Shown here one piece after another: positions 1 to 9,656 of a stretch of DNA of 52,973 nucleotides. The notes below the pieces were generated by a model. The model was not told where the DNA came from and did no database searches. It was given only the letters and a program-made list of their open reading frames with translations. Each line of letters starts with the position of its first letter. Within the stretch, counting starts at the first letter, position 1. Made by a program: the position numbers and the translations under genes. The stretch comes from Candidatus Dormiibacterota bacterium (GTDB lineage: Bacteria > Chloroflexota > Dormibacteria > Aeolococcales > Aeolococcaceae): positions 1-52,973 of the forward strand of contig PLDZ01000232.1 in assembly GCA_003136295.1 (NCBI GenBank), read 5' to 3'.

Positions 1-1
1 G

Positions 2-1294
2 ACGGCGATGTCGATCTCGTGCCAGGGCGAGACGGTCGTGTGCCTTGACGCCGACTCTCAACCCTTGCGACCCGCAATTGTGTGGCTCGACAATCGAGCC
101 GACGCCGAGGCTGACGTCATCGGTACGCGCTTTGGCAACGACGAGATCTACGCCCGCACCGGTCAGGTGGAGTGTGTGGCGTCTTGGACCGCCTGCAAAA
201 TCCTCTGGCTGCAGCGACACGAGCCGGCGATCTTCAACGCGACACGCTCTTTCCTCCTCCTCGAGGACTGGTTGATCCAACGCCTCACTGGAGAAGCGGC
301 CGGGGAGTACTCCCTGTATCCGACCACGCTGCTCTTCGATATCCGGTCACGCGAGTGGTGGCCGGCGATGCTCGAAATGCTCGCCATTGACGATGGTCTT
401 CTCCCACCACTGGTTCAGCCGGGTACCGCCGTCGGTCACCTTCGCGTGGCGATCGCCGGCGAGCTCGGACTCCCTTCCTCGCTACCGGTGATTGCCGGGG
501 GGCTTGACCAGGTGCTGGCCTCAACGGCCGGCGGCAACGTGCGCCCGGGCGTCGTGACCGAGCTCACCGGAACCGTGCTCGCGCTCGCCACGTCGCTAAC
601 TGCACTCCCCCCGCGCGAACATATGCTCCCGATCTATCTGCACGTGATTCCCGAACTGTATTGCGCGTTGCCATATGGGCAGACCGGTGGCCTGCTGTTG
701 CGCTGGTTGCGGGATAATTGCTTCGGAGATCCCGCCCGCGTGAGCGCACCACCGTCGTATGACGAGATTGTTCAAGAGGCGGTGGCGATTCCGGCCGGTG
801 CCGGCGGCGTGATCGTCCTGCCGCATTTCGCCGGCGCGTACTACCCCGAGTTTGATATGAAATGCAAGGGTGTCATCTCAGGATTACGACTTGGACATAC
901 TCGTGGTCACATTGTGCGTGCGTCTCTCGAAGCCATCGGCTACATGTTGCGCAGTAGCGTGGACGCGATCCGTGGCATAGGGATTCCTGTTGACGACCTG
1001 ACCTCGCTCGGGCCGGCGGCCAACAATCGATTCTGGCGCCAGCTCAAGGCGGATATTTGTGGCGTCGAGATTTATCGACTAAAAACGGACGAGGCCTCAC
1101 TCCTCGGAGCCGCAGTGCTGGCAGCCGTCGCCTGTGGACGCTACTCGAACATTGCAGAAGGCGTCGAGTCGATGTCGTCTCGAATCGATCCGTTGACTCC
1201 GAGCTCCGCGTCATCTGAGGTCTACGAACGTCAGTTGATCGCGTACCGCACCACCTACCGTCAGCTCGCACCATACTTTCAGGCGGCCACTTAG
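2..1294 (+). CDS. FGGY-family carbohydrate kinase (xylulokinase-like), 5' end cut by the window edge
   Basis: The reading frame is open to the window edge. The translation shows the FGGY C-terminal motif order (GGLDQVLASTAGG, LPHFAGAYYPE, LEAIGYMLR, GPAANNRFWRQLKADICGVEI). The N-terminal ATP-binding part of the family is missing, so the gene is partial. Confidence 0.8.
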   Translation, partial: TAMSISCQGETVVCLDADSQPLRPAIVWLDNRADAEADVIGTRFGNDEIYARTGQVECVASWTACKILWLQRHEPAIFNATRSFLLLEDWLIQRLTGEAAGEYSLYPTTLLFDIRSREWWPAMLEMLAIDDGLLPPLVQPGTAVGHLRVAIAGELGLPSSLPVIAGGLDQVLASTAGGNVRPGVVTELTGTVLALATSLTALPPREHMLPIYLHVIPELYCALPYGQTGGLLLRWLRDNCFGDPARVSAPPSYDEIVQEAVAIPAGAGGVIVLPHFAGAYYPEFDMKCKGVISGLRLGHTRGHIVRASLEAIGYMLRSSVDAIRGIGIPVDDLTSLGPAANNRFWRQLKADICGVEIYRLKTDEASLLGAAVLAAVACGRYSNIAEGVESMSSRIDPLTPSSASSEVYERQLIAYRTTYRQLAPYFQAAT

Positions 1295-2316
1295 TGATCG
1301 GGGTATCGGTGGTGGTACTTGGTGATCCTGCTCAGCCTGCCCATCTAACAGCAGCGGCGTTGCAAAATCTTATGGGTGAGCGGCTCTCCGTGCGAGCGTT
1401 CGAGTGGTCGTTGGACGGAGCGGGGTCGTTCGCGGACGCGGCAGAGCAAGCGGAGCGAGGCTATGAATTCCCCGTGCCCGATACATGGCTGGACGCGCTC
1501 GGCACTGCGGAGGTGCTCGTCACCCATTTCTTTCCCATCAGGCAGGGTGTGCTTGCGTTGTCTCCGCGCCTTCGTGTCATCGCAACGCTGCGCCACGGCG
1601 AGGAGAACGTCGATAAGGATGCCGCGCGAGCTCGGGCGATCACGGTGATCAACAACCCCGGACGTGAGGCCGAGGCCGTCTCGGACTTCGCCGTCGGGTT
1701 GATCATCGAGCAGATCCGCGGCCTCACGAAGTCATCCTCAGCACTGGCAGCGGGTGAATGGTTGAGTCCCTCAGATGCCGCACCATATGCTCGGAACATG
1801 AGGGATGTGCGTGTTGGGATCGTCGGCTATGGACACGTCGGCCGCCTTGTACGCAAGAAGATCGCAGGATTTGGTAGCTCGGTGTCAGTGTGCGATCCGC
1901 AGGTGGACGATTCGACCATCGCCTCCGACGGCGCGACACCGGTGAAGTTCCTGGAACTCCTCCAGTGGGCCGACGTGGTGACACTCCACGTTCGATTGTC
2001 GCGTAGTACGCACAGCCTCATCGGGGCTCGGGAGTTGTCCGCCATGCAACGCCACGCATACCTGATCAACACGGCACGAGCCGAACTGATCGATCAAGAG
2101 GCGCTGCTGGAGGCTCTCGGGAGCGGGACCATTGCCGGCGCAGCCTTGGATGTTTTCTGGACCGAGCCCATTCCGCCGGGCAGTTCGGTGATGTCCGCGC
2201 GGAACCTGATCAAGACTCCGCATCTGGCTGGATCGACATCGGACTCCCAGGTCGAAAGCGCAAAGCTGCTGGCTCGAAGGCTCGCCGATACCCTCGAGAT
2301 GCTTGCCACGCAGTGA
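1294..2316 (+). CDS. D-isomer-specific 2-hydroxyacid dehydrogenase family protein (NAD-binding)
   Basis: Rossmann motif GIVGYGHVGRLV. Family motifs NTARAELIDQEAL, AALDVFWTEP and TPHLAGST are present. The GTG start overlaps the upstream TAG stop by 1 nt. Confidence 0.85.
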   Translation: MIGVSVVVLGDPAQPAHLTAAALQNLMGERLSVRAFEWSLDGAGSFADAAEQAERGYEFPVPDTWLDALGTAEVLVTHFFPIRQGVLALSPRLRVIATLRHGEENVDKDAARARAITVINNPGREAEAVSDFAVGLIIEQIRGLTKSSSALAAGEWLSPSDAAPYARNMRDVRVGIVGYGHVGRLVRKKIAGFGSSVSVCDPQVDDSTIASDGATPVKFLELLQWADVVTLHVRLSRSTHSLIGARELSAMQRHAYLINTARAELIDQEALLEALGSGTIAGAALDVFWTEPIPPGSSVMSARNLIKTPHLAGSTSDSQVESAKLLARRLADTLEMLATQ

Positions 2317-2460
2317 TCGGACATCCCGCCCGTCGGTGCCGCTCATTGGGAGCCTGACTGCGCTGGTTCGGTATCATGACTGGATGACCGCCCTGCGAGG
2401 GACGCGGGCCTGTGACTGGCCCTGCGGCTCCAACCGACAAGCTCAGCTGCCGGCCAGACT

Positions 2461-3426
2461 GTGACCGACTCAAACCCGTTCGGCGAACTCCTATTACTCT
2501 CGGGGAGCGGCAACCCCGAGCTCTCTGAGCGGATTGCCCGCGAGATCGGCATGCCGCTTGCCGACGTCGAAATCACCCGCTTTGCCGATGGCGAGTTCGA
2601 CGTCAAGATTGCTGAGTCAGTACGAGGTCACGACGTCTTCCTCATACAGCCGACCTGTCACCCGGTGAGTGACAATCTCATCGAACTCTTCATCGTGCTT
2701 GACGCTTTGCGCCGGGCTTCTGCATCGCGCATCACCGCGGTCATCCCGTACTACGGTTACCAGCGGAAGGAAAAGAAAACCCAACCTCGCGATCCGATCA
2801 GCGCGAAGTTGATGGCGAACATCATCGAGCTCGCAGGCGCCAACCGAGTGATCTGCGTCGATCTCCACGCCGAAGCAATCCAGGGCTTCTTCGATATCCC
2901 GGTTGATGCACTTATTGCGACCAAGATCCTCGCCCGACGGGTCCGCGAACGCCACGGGCATGACGTCGTGATTGTTTCCCCTGACAGCGGCGGGGTTGAC
3001 CGGGCGCGGAAACTCGCGCGAATCCTGGACGCGCCTATCGCGGTTATCGATAAGAGGCGCCCCCGCGACGACACGGTCGAGATCGTGAATGTCATCGGCG
3101 ATGTTGCGGGCGCGAAGTGCGTGATTATCGACGACCTCATCTCGACCGGTGGGACCCTTGCCAGCGCCGCGGTTGCACTGCGTTCCAGTGGAGCAATCAC
3201 GGTGGATATCGTCGCAACCCACGGCGTTCTGAGCAATGGAGCGCTCGCTCGATTGCACGCCGCGCCGATCGACGAGATCTGCATCACCGACACGATCCCC
3301 CAGCACAATGGCACTCGCAGCTTTGATGACGCACCGAAGCTACGCATCCTGTCCGTAGCACCGCTCATCGCCGAAGCGATCGTCCGTGTTCACGAGGGAC
3401 GGAGTGTGAGCGAGTTGTTTCGGTGA
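2461..3426 (+). CDS. prs: ribose-phosphate pyrophosphokinase
   Basis: Typical Prs N-terminus (LLLSGSGNPELSERIA..FADGE..V), the YYGYQRKEKK flexible loop and the PRPP-binding loop VIIDDLISTGGTL. GTG start. Confidence 0.93.
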   Translation: MTDSNPFGELLLLSGSGNPELSERIAREIGMPLADVEITRFADGEFDVKIAESVRGHDVFLIQPTCHPVSDNLIELFIVLDALRRASASRITAVIPYYGYQRKEKKTQPRDPISAKLMANIIELAGANRVICVDLHAEAIQGFFDIPVDALIATKILARRVRERHGHDVVIVSPDSGGVDRARKLARILDAPIAVIDKRRPRDDTVEIVNVIGDVAGAKCVIIDDLISTGGTLASAAVALRSSGAITVDIVATHGVLSNGALARLHAAPIDEICITDTIPQHNGTRSFDDAPKLRILSVAPLIAEAIVRVHEGRSVSELFR

Positions 3427-3641
3427 ACGTTTATGGCAGCGGGCCCCGCTTGGTCAACGCCCGCTAACAGGGCACGGAACGCGCAACGCGCGTCGTCCAA
3501 AATGGGAGTCAGCCGCGCCTCAGCAGTTGGCTGTGCGCGACGATATGCTCCTGCGCCCGGCATGACCTACGACGACACGAATCGCGGATGGAGGAGCCCG
3601 TGACGCCAGCACTATGTGGCGTGTGCCCGATTCGCGGAGGA

Positions 3642-4160
3642 CTAGGCGTCCTCAGCCTCAGCCGCTAGTAGGCCCTGGATCGCGGTAGCCATGTCGGACA
3701 AGCGGCAAAGGGTGCTGACAAGACACAGTTGCTCGAGCGTACGACAGCCAGCTCGGAGCAGCAGCAGCGCTGAGCACACGACCGCGGCAAACGTGCGCGA
3801 GAGAGCGCCGCGTTGGCTGGTTGCGACTGAAGAGGAATCGAGATTGCGCCGCACGTCCTCCGCGGACGTGGCGATGCTGTAGTCGACAGCCGGTGCCTGC
3901 TGCCCCCGGGGACTTGTCCACCGTTCCTACCCGGACGCCTGGAGGCAGCGCGTCGCGGACCTTGCGCACTTGCACGTTGCACGGTGCGACCACGAGGATG
4001 TCGCCGACGCGCGTGGGCCGCGAGTGCACGCACGCGTCGATCAGATCGGTGGGACTGAGCAGAGGACGGTGACCGACGACGTGCGCGCAATGAGCATCTG
4101 ATCACGCTGCGACAACTGGCTGTCGGCGAGCCATGCGGGGTTGGATAAGGGTTGGACACT
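3642..4160 (-). pseudogene. decayed C-terminal fragment of an SF1 (Upf1/DNA2-like, AAA_12-type) helicase
   Basis: Helicase C-terminal motifs are split over at least two minus-strand frames. One frame reads DILVVAPCNVQV..VGTVDKSPG and FLFSRNQ; another reads ALSRTFAAVVCSALLLLRAGCRTLEQLCLVSTLCRL. There is no N-terminal ATPase part and no intact ORF. Confidence 0.7.
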
Positions 4161-4361
4161 GGCGGTAGGTCGATGACCAGCTGTAATGGTCCCGGTTGCC
4201 GACCACCTCACGGGTGCAGCGCCTGATGGTTGGTTGATGCCAAACTACTCGTTCCTCGTGGCACCTCGTGAATTCGCGTTGTGGCTCTCGACGGCATCAT
4301 CTAACCCTACTTGTCCGCTGCTCTGCATCGACTAGGCGGGTGCTGAGGGTCGATTTGGATT

Positions 4362-4457
4362 GACTAATCTGGTGCATCAAAACGCCGCGAAATCGCTCGC
4401 ACTTTAGGACGTGATGATAGGAAGTTAGCCGTTGCTCCGCGCGGCCGATAGCGGTGG
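4362..4457 (-). repeat. copy A of a diverged repeated relic (paralogous gene fragment)
   Basis: It is collinear with 35192-35289. The 49-nt core 4409-4457 matches 35241-35289 at 40 of 49 positions. The minus-strand frame reads AIGRAEQRLTSYHHVL. Confidence 0.6.
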
Positions 4458-4688
4458 TTGGACAAGGGAATCGGAGCCCATAGCTTCGGTGGCCGTCACC
4501 GCGATTCTGCTCCGCGATTCTTCGTGGGCGCTCTCCACGAAAAGATGACAGCCGTGTCACCGCTGCGACAATTTGAATCCCCCTATTCACTTCTTACGGA
4601 TCGGGCCCCGACAGCGGTGCTGGCCTGATGCGGCTTTGGCATCGCGTCGCTCAAATGCACCAGGCGCGAGTCCCTCCCCTCCAGTGGT

Positions 4689-5456
4689 TCAGAATGCTCC
4701 CACGACGCGATGCGCCAGTTCGAACAATTCGGCGGCTTCGTTTGGACTCACGTAGGGCCCGTAGTACTCGGCGAGGTACAACTTGGCCAGATGAGCCGCT
4801 TCCAGCGCATCTCCTTTGCTGATCATTCTCAACACCCGCGCGTGTCGAGTGCACGTCTGCTCGTGCAGCGCACGAAGATCCGACGAGCGAGCCAGTTCGT
4901 CACCGATGAGCCCCATCACGAGGCCGGGCGCAACCTCGTTGCAGACGCGAAGAAGTTGATTCCCACTTGCCTCGGCGATGGCTTGATGGAACTCAGCATC
5001 GACTCGAGCAAACTCCTTCTGGTCACCACCAACGAGGCGGCGCATTGCTAGGTGAGCCTTGCGAATGCGACGAAGGTGTTCGTCTTGACGATGCAGCGCT
5101 GCAAGGTAAGTGGCCGACCCCTCGACCACCATGCGGAAGACGACCAACTCGTGAAGCCGCAGTCCTTCGAGCCGAACGAGTGCCGTGAGCGAGCGAGACA
5201 ACACAGCCGACGAGAACGATTGGACCTCCGCGCCGCCGGAGGGATCGCCTGGCCTTGAGCGGAGTAATCCCGAACTCTGCAGATCTCTGAGAGCCTCTCT
5301 GACCGAGGCTCGGCTGACGCCGAACTGGACCACCAGTTCACGCTCGGACGGTAGACGTTGTCCGGGGGCAACGTCCCCGCGAAAGATTGCTTCTTCGATC
5401 TGGTGGACGATGGATTCGTGAGTCCGAACTGGCTTGACGGGCTGAAACTGGGGCAT
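4689..5456 (-). CDS. GntR/FadR-family transcriptional regulator (wHTH + FCD-like domain)
   Basis: N-terminal GntR HTH (HESIVHQIEEAIFRGDVAPGQRLPSERELVVQFGVSRASVREALRDLQSSGLL) followed by a helical effector domain. Start set at the internal MPQFQ methionine; the ORF extends to 5501. Confidence 0.85.
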   Translation of the reverse strand: MPQFQPVKPVRTHESIVHQIEEAIFRGDVAPGQRLPSERELVVQFGVSRASVREALRDLQSSGLLRSRPGDPSGGAEVQSFSSAVLSRSLTALVRLEGLRLHELVVFRMVVEGSATYLAALHRQDEHLRRIRKAHLAMRRLVGGDQKEFARVDAEFHQAIAEASGNQLLRVCNEVAPGLVMGLIGDELARSSDLRALHEQTCTRHARVLRMISKGDALEAAHLAKLYLAEYYGPYVSPNEAAELFELAHRVVGAF

Positions 5457-5763
5457 CGCTCGCTTTGGGTGACCGCACATGAAGCCAAACACTTCAACCA
5501 ACGGTGGCGGTTAGAAGTCGGTCCTCAGGGAGTGTACTTGCGCGACCATCGGCTATCCACCACGAAGTCGGGGCGCCAAGCCCTAGGTGGTGCCGAATCG
5601 TCTACGGCCGGGTGTCACGAGTAATCCGAGTACCAAGCACCGCGCGCCGCCGACAGCTTGGTGGAAATGGCGAGGACCCGTCGAGGGTGTCAGGCGTCGG
5701 CTGGGCAGCGAAGCGCCGCACTTGACGTTCCATCGAGCAAGCCGGTAGAGTTTTGGGACTCTC

Positions 5764-5779
5764 GTGAAAACGTTTCTCC
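5764..5779. promoter_or_regulatory. candidate LacI-type palindromic operator GTGAAAACGTTTCTCC
   Basis: 16-bp inverted repeat (half-sites GTGAAAAC / GGAGAAAC). It lies 30-63 nt upstream of the possible SDR starts, in the GntR-SDR divergent intergenic region. Near-identical copies are at 15112 and 30537. Confidence 0.5.
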
Positions 5780-5808
5780 GACGGATGGGAGGGGCGACTT
5801 GATGAACT

Positions 5809-6864
5809 TTGGTCGCAACCCTGGAGCGGGAGATGGTGCTGATGTCTGAGCCGATGCCCGCTCACGATCGAGAGAGCTTCCTCGTCACCGGCGCCCTCGG
5901 CTGCATCGGATCGTGGGTGCTCAAGCAGCTGGTCGGCGCACGCGTACCGGTGGTCGCGTACGACAGACACGGGGCGAGCATGCACCGTGCCCACCTCATT
6001 ATGACTCCCGAGGAACTCGGCAACGTTGAGTTCGTCTCCGGAGATGTCCTCGACAAGGACGATCTGCAGAGGGCTGTCCTTGCTTATGGGGTGACGCACG
6101 TTGTGCACCTCGCGGCCCTCCAGGTCCCCTTCGTCAAAGCAGATCCGATGCAGGGTGCTCTGGTGAATGTGGTCGGTACCACCGCAGTGTTCGAGGTCGC
6201 TCGCGACCTAGGCAGCCAGATCGCCGGCCTCGTGTATGCGAGTTCCGCCGCGGTGTGGGGGTCACCCGCCGCCTACCCACCCGGTCCGCTCTCGGACGAT
6301 GCGACCCCCAAGCCGACGACGCTCTACGGGGTCTTCAAGCTCGCCAACGAGGGTACGGCCGCCATCTATTGGCAGGATCACGGGGTTGCCAGCATCGGAC
6401 TGCGTCCCAACGTCGTCTGGGGACCGGGTCGCGACCAAGGATTCACGTCGCCGCCGAGCAAAGCACTCCTGGCAGCCGCCGTCGGCCGGCTGTACCACAT
6501 GGCGTGGGGAGGCCGCTCGGGTCTTCACTACGCGCCGGACGTCGCCGCCCACTTCGTGCGAGCCGTCCGAGCCTGCGCTGACGGCGCCGAGTCGTTTGAT
6601 CTAGGCGGTCCCTTCGTTCGCATGAAGGAGTTCACTGAGCTCATCGAGCACGCGGTCCCCGAGGCACGAGCCACGATCACCTATGACCGCGGCGACTTTC
6701 CGCAGGTCGAACTCTCAGGCCACCGCTTCGAAGCGCGGCTCGGTCCGGCCGATTGGACGCCAATGGAGACAGCGGTCCGACGCAGCGTCAGCCAGTTTCG
6801 TGATGCGGCATCCCGGGGGGACTTGGACGTGGACGCGATCCTCAACGGTGCGGGCCGACCGTGA
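5809..6864 (+). CDS. NAD-dependent epimerase/dehydratase (extended SDR)
   Basis: The nucleotide-binding motif is LVTGALGCIGSWV and the SDR catalytic YxxxK is YGVFK. The true start is uncertain: TTG 5809, ATG 5833 or ATG 5842. The stop overlaps the next gene. Confidence 0.8.
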   Translation: MVATLEREMVLMSEPMPAHDRESFLVTGALGCIGSWVLKQLVGARVPVVAYDRHGASMHRAHLIMTPEELGNVEFVSGDVLDKDDLQRAVLAYGVTHVVHLAALQVPFVKADPMQGALVNVVGTTAVFEVARDLGSQIAGLVYASSAAVWGSPAAYPPGPLSDDATPKPTTLYGVFKLANEGTAAIYWQDHGVASIGLRPNVVWGPGRDQGFTSPPSKALLAAAVGRLYHMAWGGRSGLHYAPDVAAHFVRAVRACADGAESFDLGGPFVRMKEFTELIEHAVPEARATITYDRGDFPQVELSGHRFEARLGPADWTPMETAVRRSVSQFRDAASRGDLDVDAILNGAGRP

Positions 6865-7988
6865 GACCTCTCGATGGCCTCCTGGTTGTCGAGTTCAGCC
6901 AATTCTTGGCCGGCCCTTCCGCGGCACTCCGGCTTGCCGACCTTGGCGCCAGAGTGGTGAAGGTCGAGCGACCGATAACCGGCGACGCCGCCCGCCAACT
7001 CACCCTGGCAAACCAGGTCATGGACCAGGACAGCGTCCTCTTTCAGACCATTAACCGAAACAAGGAGAGCGTCGTCGCCGATCTCAAAAATTCCGCTGAT
7101 CTAGCACGGGTGCAGGAGCTCGTCAGACGCGCCGACGTGATGATCCAGACCTTCCGCCCAGGCGCGCTCGGTCGTTTTGAGCTGGATCACGCTGGTGCCG
7201 CACGTCGGAATCCCCGCTTGGTCTATGCGTCAGTCAGCGGGTATGGAAACGTGGGGCCGTGGACGAACAAGCCCGGGCAAGACCTGCTGGTGCAAGCACT
7301 GAGCGGGATAGCCTGGCTCAATGGACACGGCGCCGATCCGCCTCTCCCACTCGGTGTGTCGGTGGCGGACATGTTTGCCGGCGCACTGCTGACCCAGGGC
7401 ATTCTGGCGTGCTTGTGCCGCCGCAGCATTACGGGGAGAGGTGGCCTCGTCGAGGTGAGCCTAATGGAGGCCGTGATTGACCTCCAAGTCGAGACATTCA
7501 CTGCGTTTCTGAACGATCACACCCTCCTCCCCACAAGGGCCTCGGATCACGGGGCCAACGCGTACATCGCGGCCCCGTATGGCGTGTACGAGACATCCGA
7601 TGGCTACCTCGCGATCGCGATGGGACCTGTGCCTCGACTCGGCGTCCTCATCGGCGTCGACGAGCTGTTGGCGTACGAAGAACCCAGCAGCTGGTTTGAG
7701 CGACGCGAAGAGATCCTTCCATTGATCGCGAACCGGCTCAGAAGGGCCACCACGCGGCACTGGCTGGACCTCTTGGAACCGGCCGACGTCTGGTGCGCGG
7801 AGGTGCTTGACTGGCCACGGCTTGTCGGCCACGAGGGCTTCAACGCGTTGGAACTCACCCAGAGCGTGACCCGCCCCGCAGGACCTTCGATGACGGCGAC
7901 CCGTTGCCCGATTCGCATCGACGGCGAAATCCTTAAGAGTCCGCGGGGCGCACCACGCCTCGGTCAGAATCGCGGGGGGTTAGAGTGA
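6861..7988 (+). CDS. family III CoA-transferase (CaiB/BaiF type)
   Basis: N-terminal signature LDGLLVVEFSQFLAGPSAALRLADLGARVVKVERP..GD..R. There are 4-nt overlaps with both neighbouring genes. Confidence 0.88.
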   Translation: MRPLDGLLVVEFSQFLAGPSAALRLADLGARVVKVERPITGDAARQLTLANQVMDQDSVLFQTINRNKESVVADLKNSADLARVQELVRRADVMIQTFRPGALGRFELDHAGAARRNPRLVYASVSGYGNVGPWTNKPGQDLLVQALSGIAWLNGHGADPPLPLGVSVADMFAGALLTQGILACLCRRSITGRGGLVEVSLMEAVIDLQVETFTAFLNDHTLLPTRASDHGANAYIAAPYGVYETSDGYLAIAMGPVPRLGVLIGVDELLAYEEPSSWFERREEILPLIANRLRRATTRHWLDLLEPADVWCAEVLDWPRLVGHEGFNALELTQSVTRPAGPSMTATRCPIRIDGEILKSPRGAPRLGQNRGGLE

Positions 7989-8458
7989 CAGGACCCACCC
8001 CCACGAGCACCCCGCCCTTCTACTGGGAGCAGTATCAAACAGGGACAAAGCGGCTGACCGGACGACGCACCATCACCGAGGCCGACATCACCCTCCACGC
8101 TTGCCATACCGGAGACTTCCATCCGTATCATGTCGACGCCGAATGGTCCAAGTCCCAGCCTTTCGGGCAGAGAATCGCGCACGGTACGCTGATCTTCTCG
8201 GTTGGGGTAGGCCTCACCGCAACGGGAGGTGGCGAGAATCCAGCGGCCTTCAGCTACGGGTACGATCGCATTCGCTTCGTCAAGCCGGTGTTCATCGGGG
8301 ATACGATTCAGACCGAGCTCACGATCGTGGAGAAGCGCGACGACCCAAAGCGACCTGATCGCGGCTTCGTCGACGAACAGGGAGAGATTCGTAATCAACA
8401 TGGCGAGACAGTTCTGGTCTTCACTCACATCCACGCTGTGGACAAGAGACCAGCTTGA
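7985..8458 (+). CDS. MaoC-like (R)-hydratase/dehydratase hotdog protein
   Basis: The MaoC motif TITEADITLHACHTGDFHPYHVD..QRIAHGTL is present. The gene is translationally coupled to the CoA-transferase. Confidence 0.85.
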   Translation: MTGPTPTSTPPFYWEQYQTGTKRLTGRRTITEADITLHACHTGDFHPYHVDAEWSKSQPFGQRIAHGTLIFSVGVGLTATGGGENPAAFSYGYDRIRFVKPVFIGDTIQTELTIVEKRDDPKRPDRGFVDEQGEIRNQHGETVLVFTHIHAVDKRPA

Positions 8459-8566
8459 CGCAGGGTCGTCCCTTCGAACGTGTACCGAAGATCGACCGAT
8501 ATCGTCCACCCTGGAGCGCGTGTCTTGACCGGTAATCCCTCGATGCGGGTTCTCTAAGAGATATCG

Positions 8567-9610
8567 ATGCCTACCACCATCATTGAGGTGGCTCGGTATG
8601 CCAGAGTCGCACCTTCGATCGTCTCGCGCCTGCTCAACGCGGATCCGAAGTTGCACATCAGGCCGGAGACCGAGGCCAGAATCCGCACCGCCGTCGCCCT
8701 CCTCAAGTACCAGCCGAACAACGCTGGACGCGCACTCCGGAGTACCAAGGCCGCCGCCGTTGGCTTGATACTTCCCGACGTTACGAACCCTGTCTTTGCA
8801 GAGAGTGTTCGCGGCGCGGAGTCCGAGGCTGCGAACCTCGGCTACGTTCTCCTCCTCGGCAGAACAGACGACCTCGACACCCAGAGCAGCTCGTACCGAC
8901 GGCTCATCGGTGAACGACGCATCGACGGCGTGCTCGTTCAGGTCAGCAATGTTCTTGACAGCGCAACCATGTCGAAGGTCATCGATACTCGCGTACCAAC
9001 GGTTCTCATCAATTCGAGGCTCGAGGATATCCCAGGATCGGTTCGCATCAACGACGAATTCGCTGCCTACCTGGCGACTGCTCATCTCATCGACATTGGT
9101 CATCGCGACATCGGAATGCTGGCCGGGCCCCGCGGTCTTTACACGAGCGCGCAGCGTCAACACGGCTTTGAGAAGGCCATGAAAGAAGCTGGACTCCGGG
9201 TTCGACGCAACTGGATCGTCGACGGAAGCTACGACGTTGACACCGGTCAAGCCGCGATGAAGGCGATGCTTCGGTCACCGGGCCACCATCCCACTGCGGT
9301 CTTCGTCACGACACTGAGCGCTGCCGTGGGGGCGCTGGCCGTGGTGCACGAGGGCGGAATGAGCGTTCCTGGCGACATCTCCATCGTAGGTCTGCATGAC
9401 TTCTGGTTTGCCGAACACACCTCACCGCCGCTGACGACCGTGCGCACGCCGCAATTCGCGTTGGGAGTTGCCGCGATGCGCGTACTGGCTGGCCGGATCA
9501 ACGGCGCTGAACCGGTTGATCTCGTAGTCGACGAGCCACCTCCGGAGTTGGTGATCCGTGGCTCGACGGCACCGCTTCACGCCGCGGGCGGCAGTCAGGG
9601 CCTCGCATGA
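8567..9610 (+). CDS. LacI-family transcriptional regulator
   Basis: N-terminal HTH (TIIEVARYARVAPSIVSRLLN) followed by a periplasmic-binding-protein-like sugar-binding fold (GLILPDVTNPVFAE..). Confidence 0.9.
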   Translation: MPTTIIEVARYARVAPSIVSRLLNADPKLHIRPETEARIRTAVALLKYQPNNAGRALRSTKAAAVGLILPDVTNPVFAESVRGAESEAANLGYVLLLGRTDDLDTQSSSYRRLIGERRIDGVLVQVSNVLDSATMSKVIDTRVPTVLINSRLEDIPGSVRINDEFAAYLATAHLIDIGHRDIGMLAGPRGLYTSAQRQHGFEKAMKEAGLRVRRNWIVDGSYDVDTGQAAMKAMLRSPGHHPTAVFVTTLSAAVGALAVVHEGGMSVPGDISIVGLHDFWFAEHTSPPLTTVRTPQFALGVAAMRVLAGRINGAEPVDLVVDEPPPELVIRGSTAPLHAAGGSQGLA

Positions 9611-9656
9611 CGAACTGGAATCCGTACCCGAGTGTTATCAGATTCAGGAGACTCTC

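Noticed and set aside
7964-9250. 428-aa minus-strand ORF
   Set aside because: It runs antisense across the MaoC and LacI genes, which have clear family motifs. Its translation is Arg/Ser/Gly/Asp-rich with no motif, typical of a high-GC shadow ORF.
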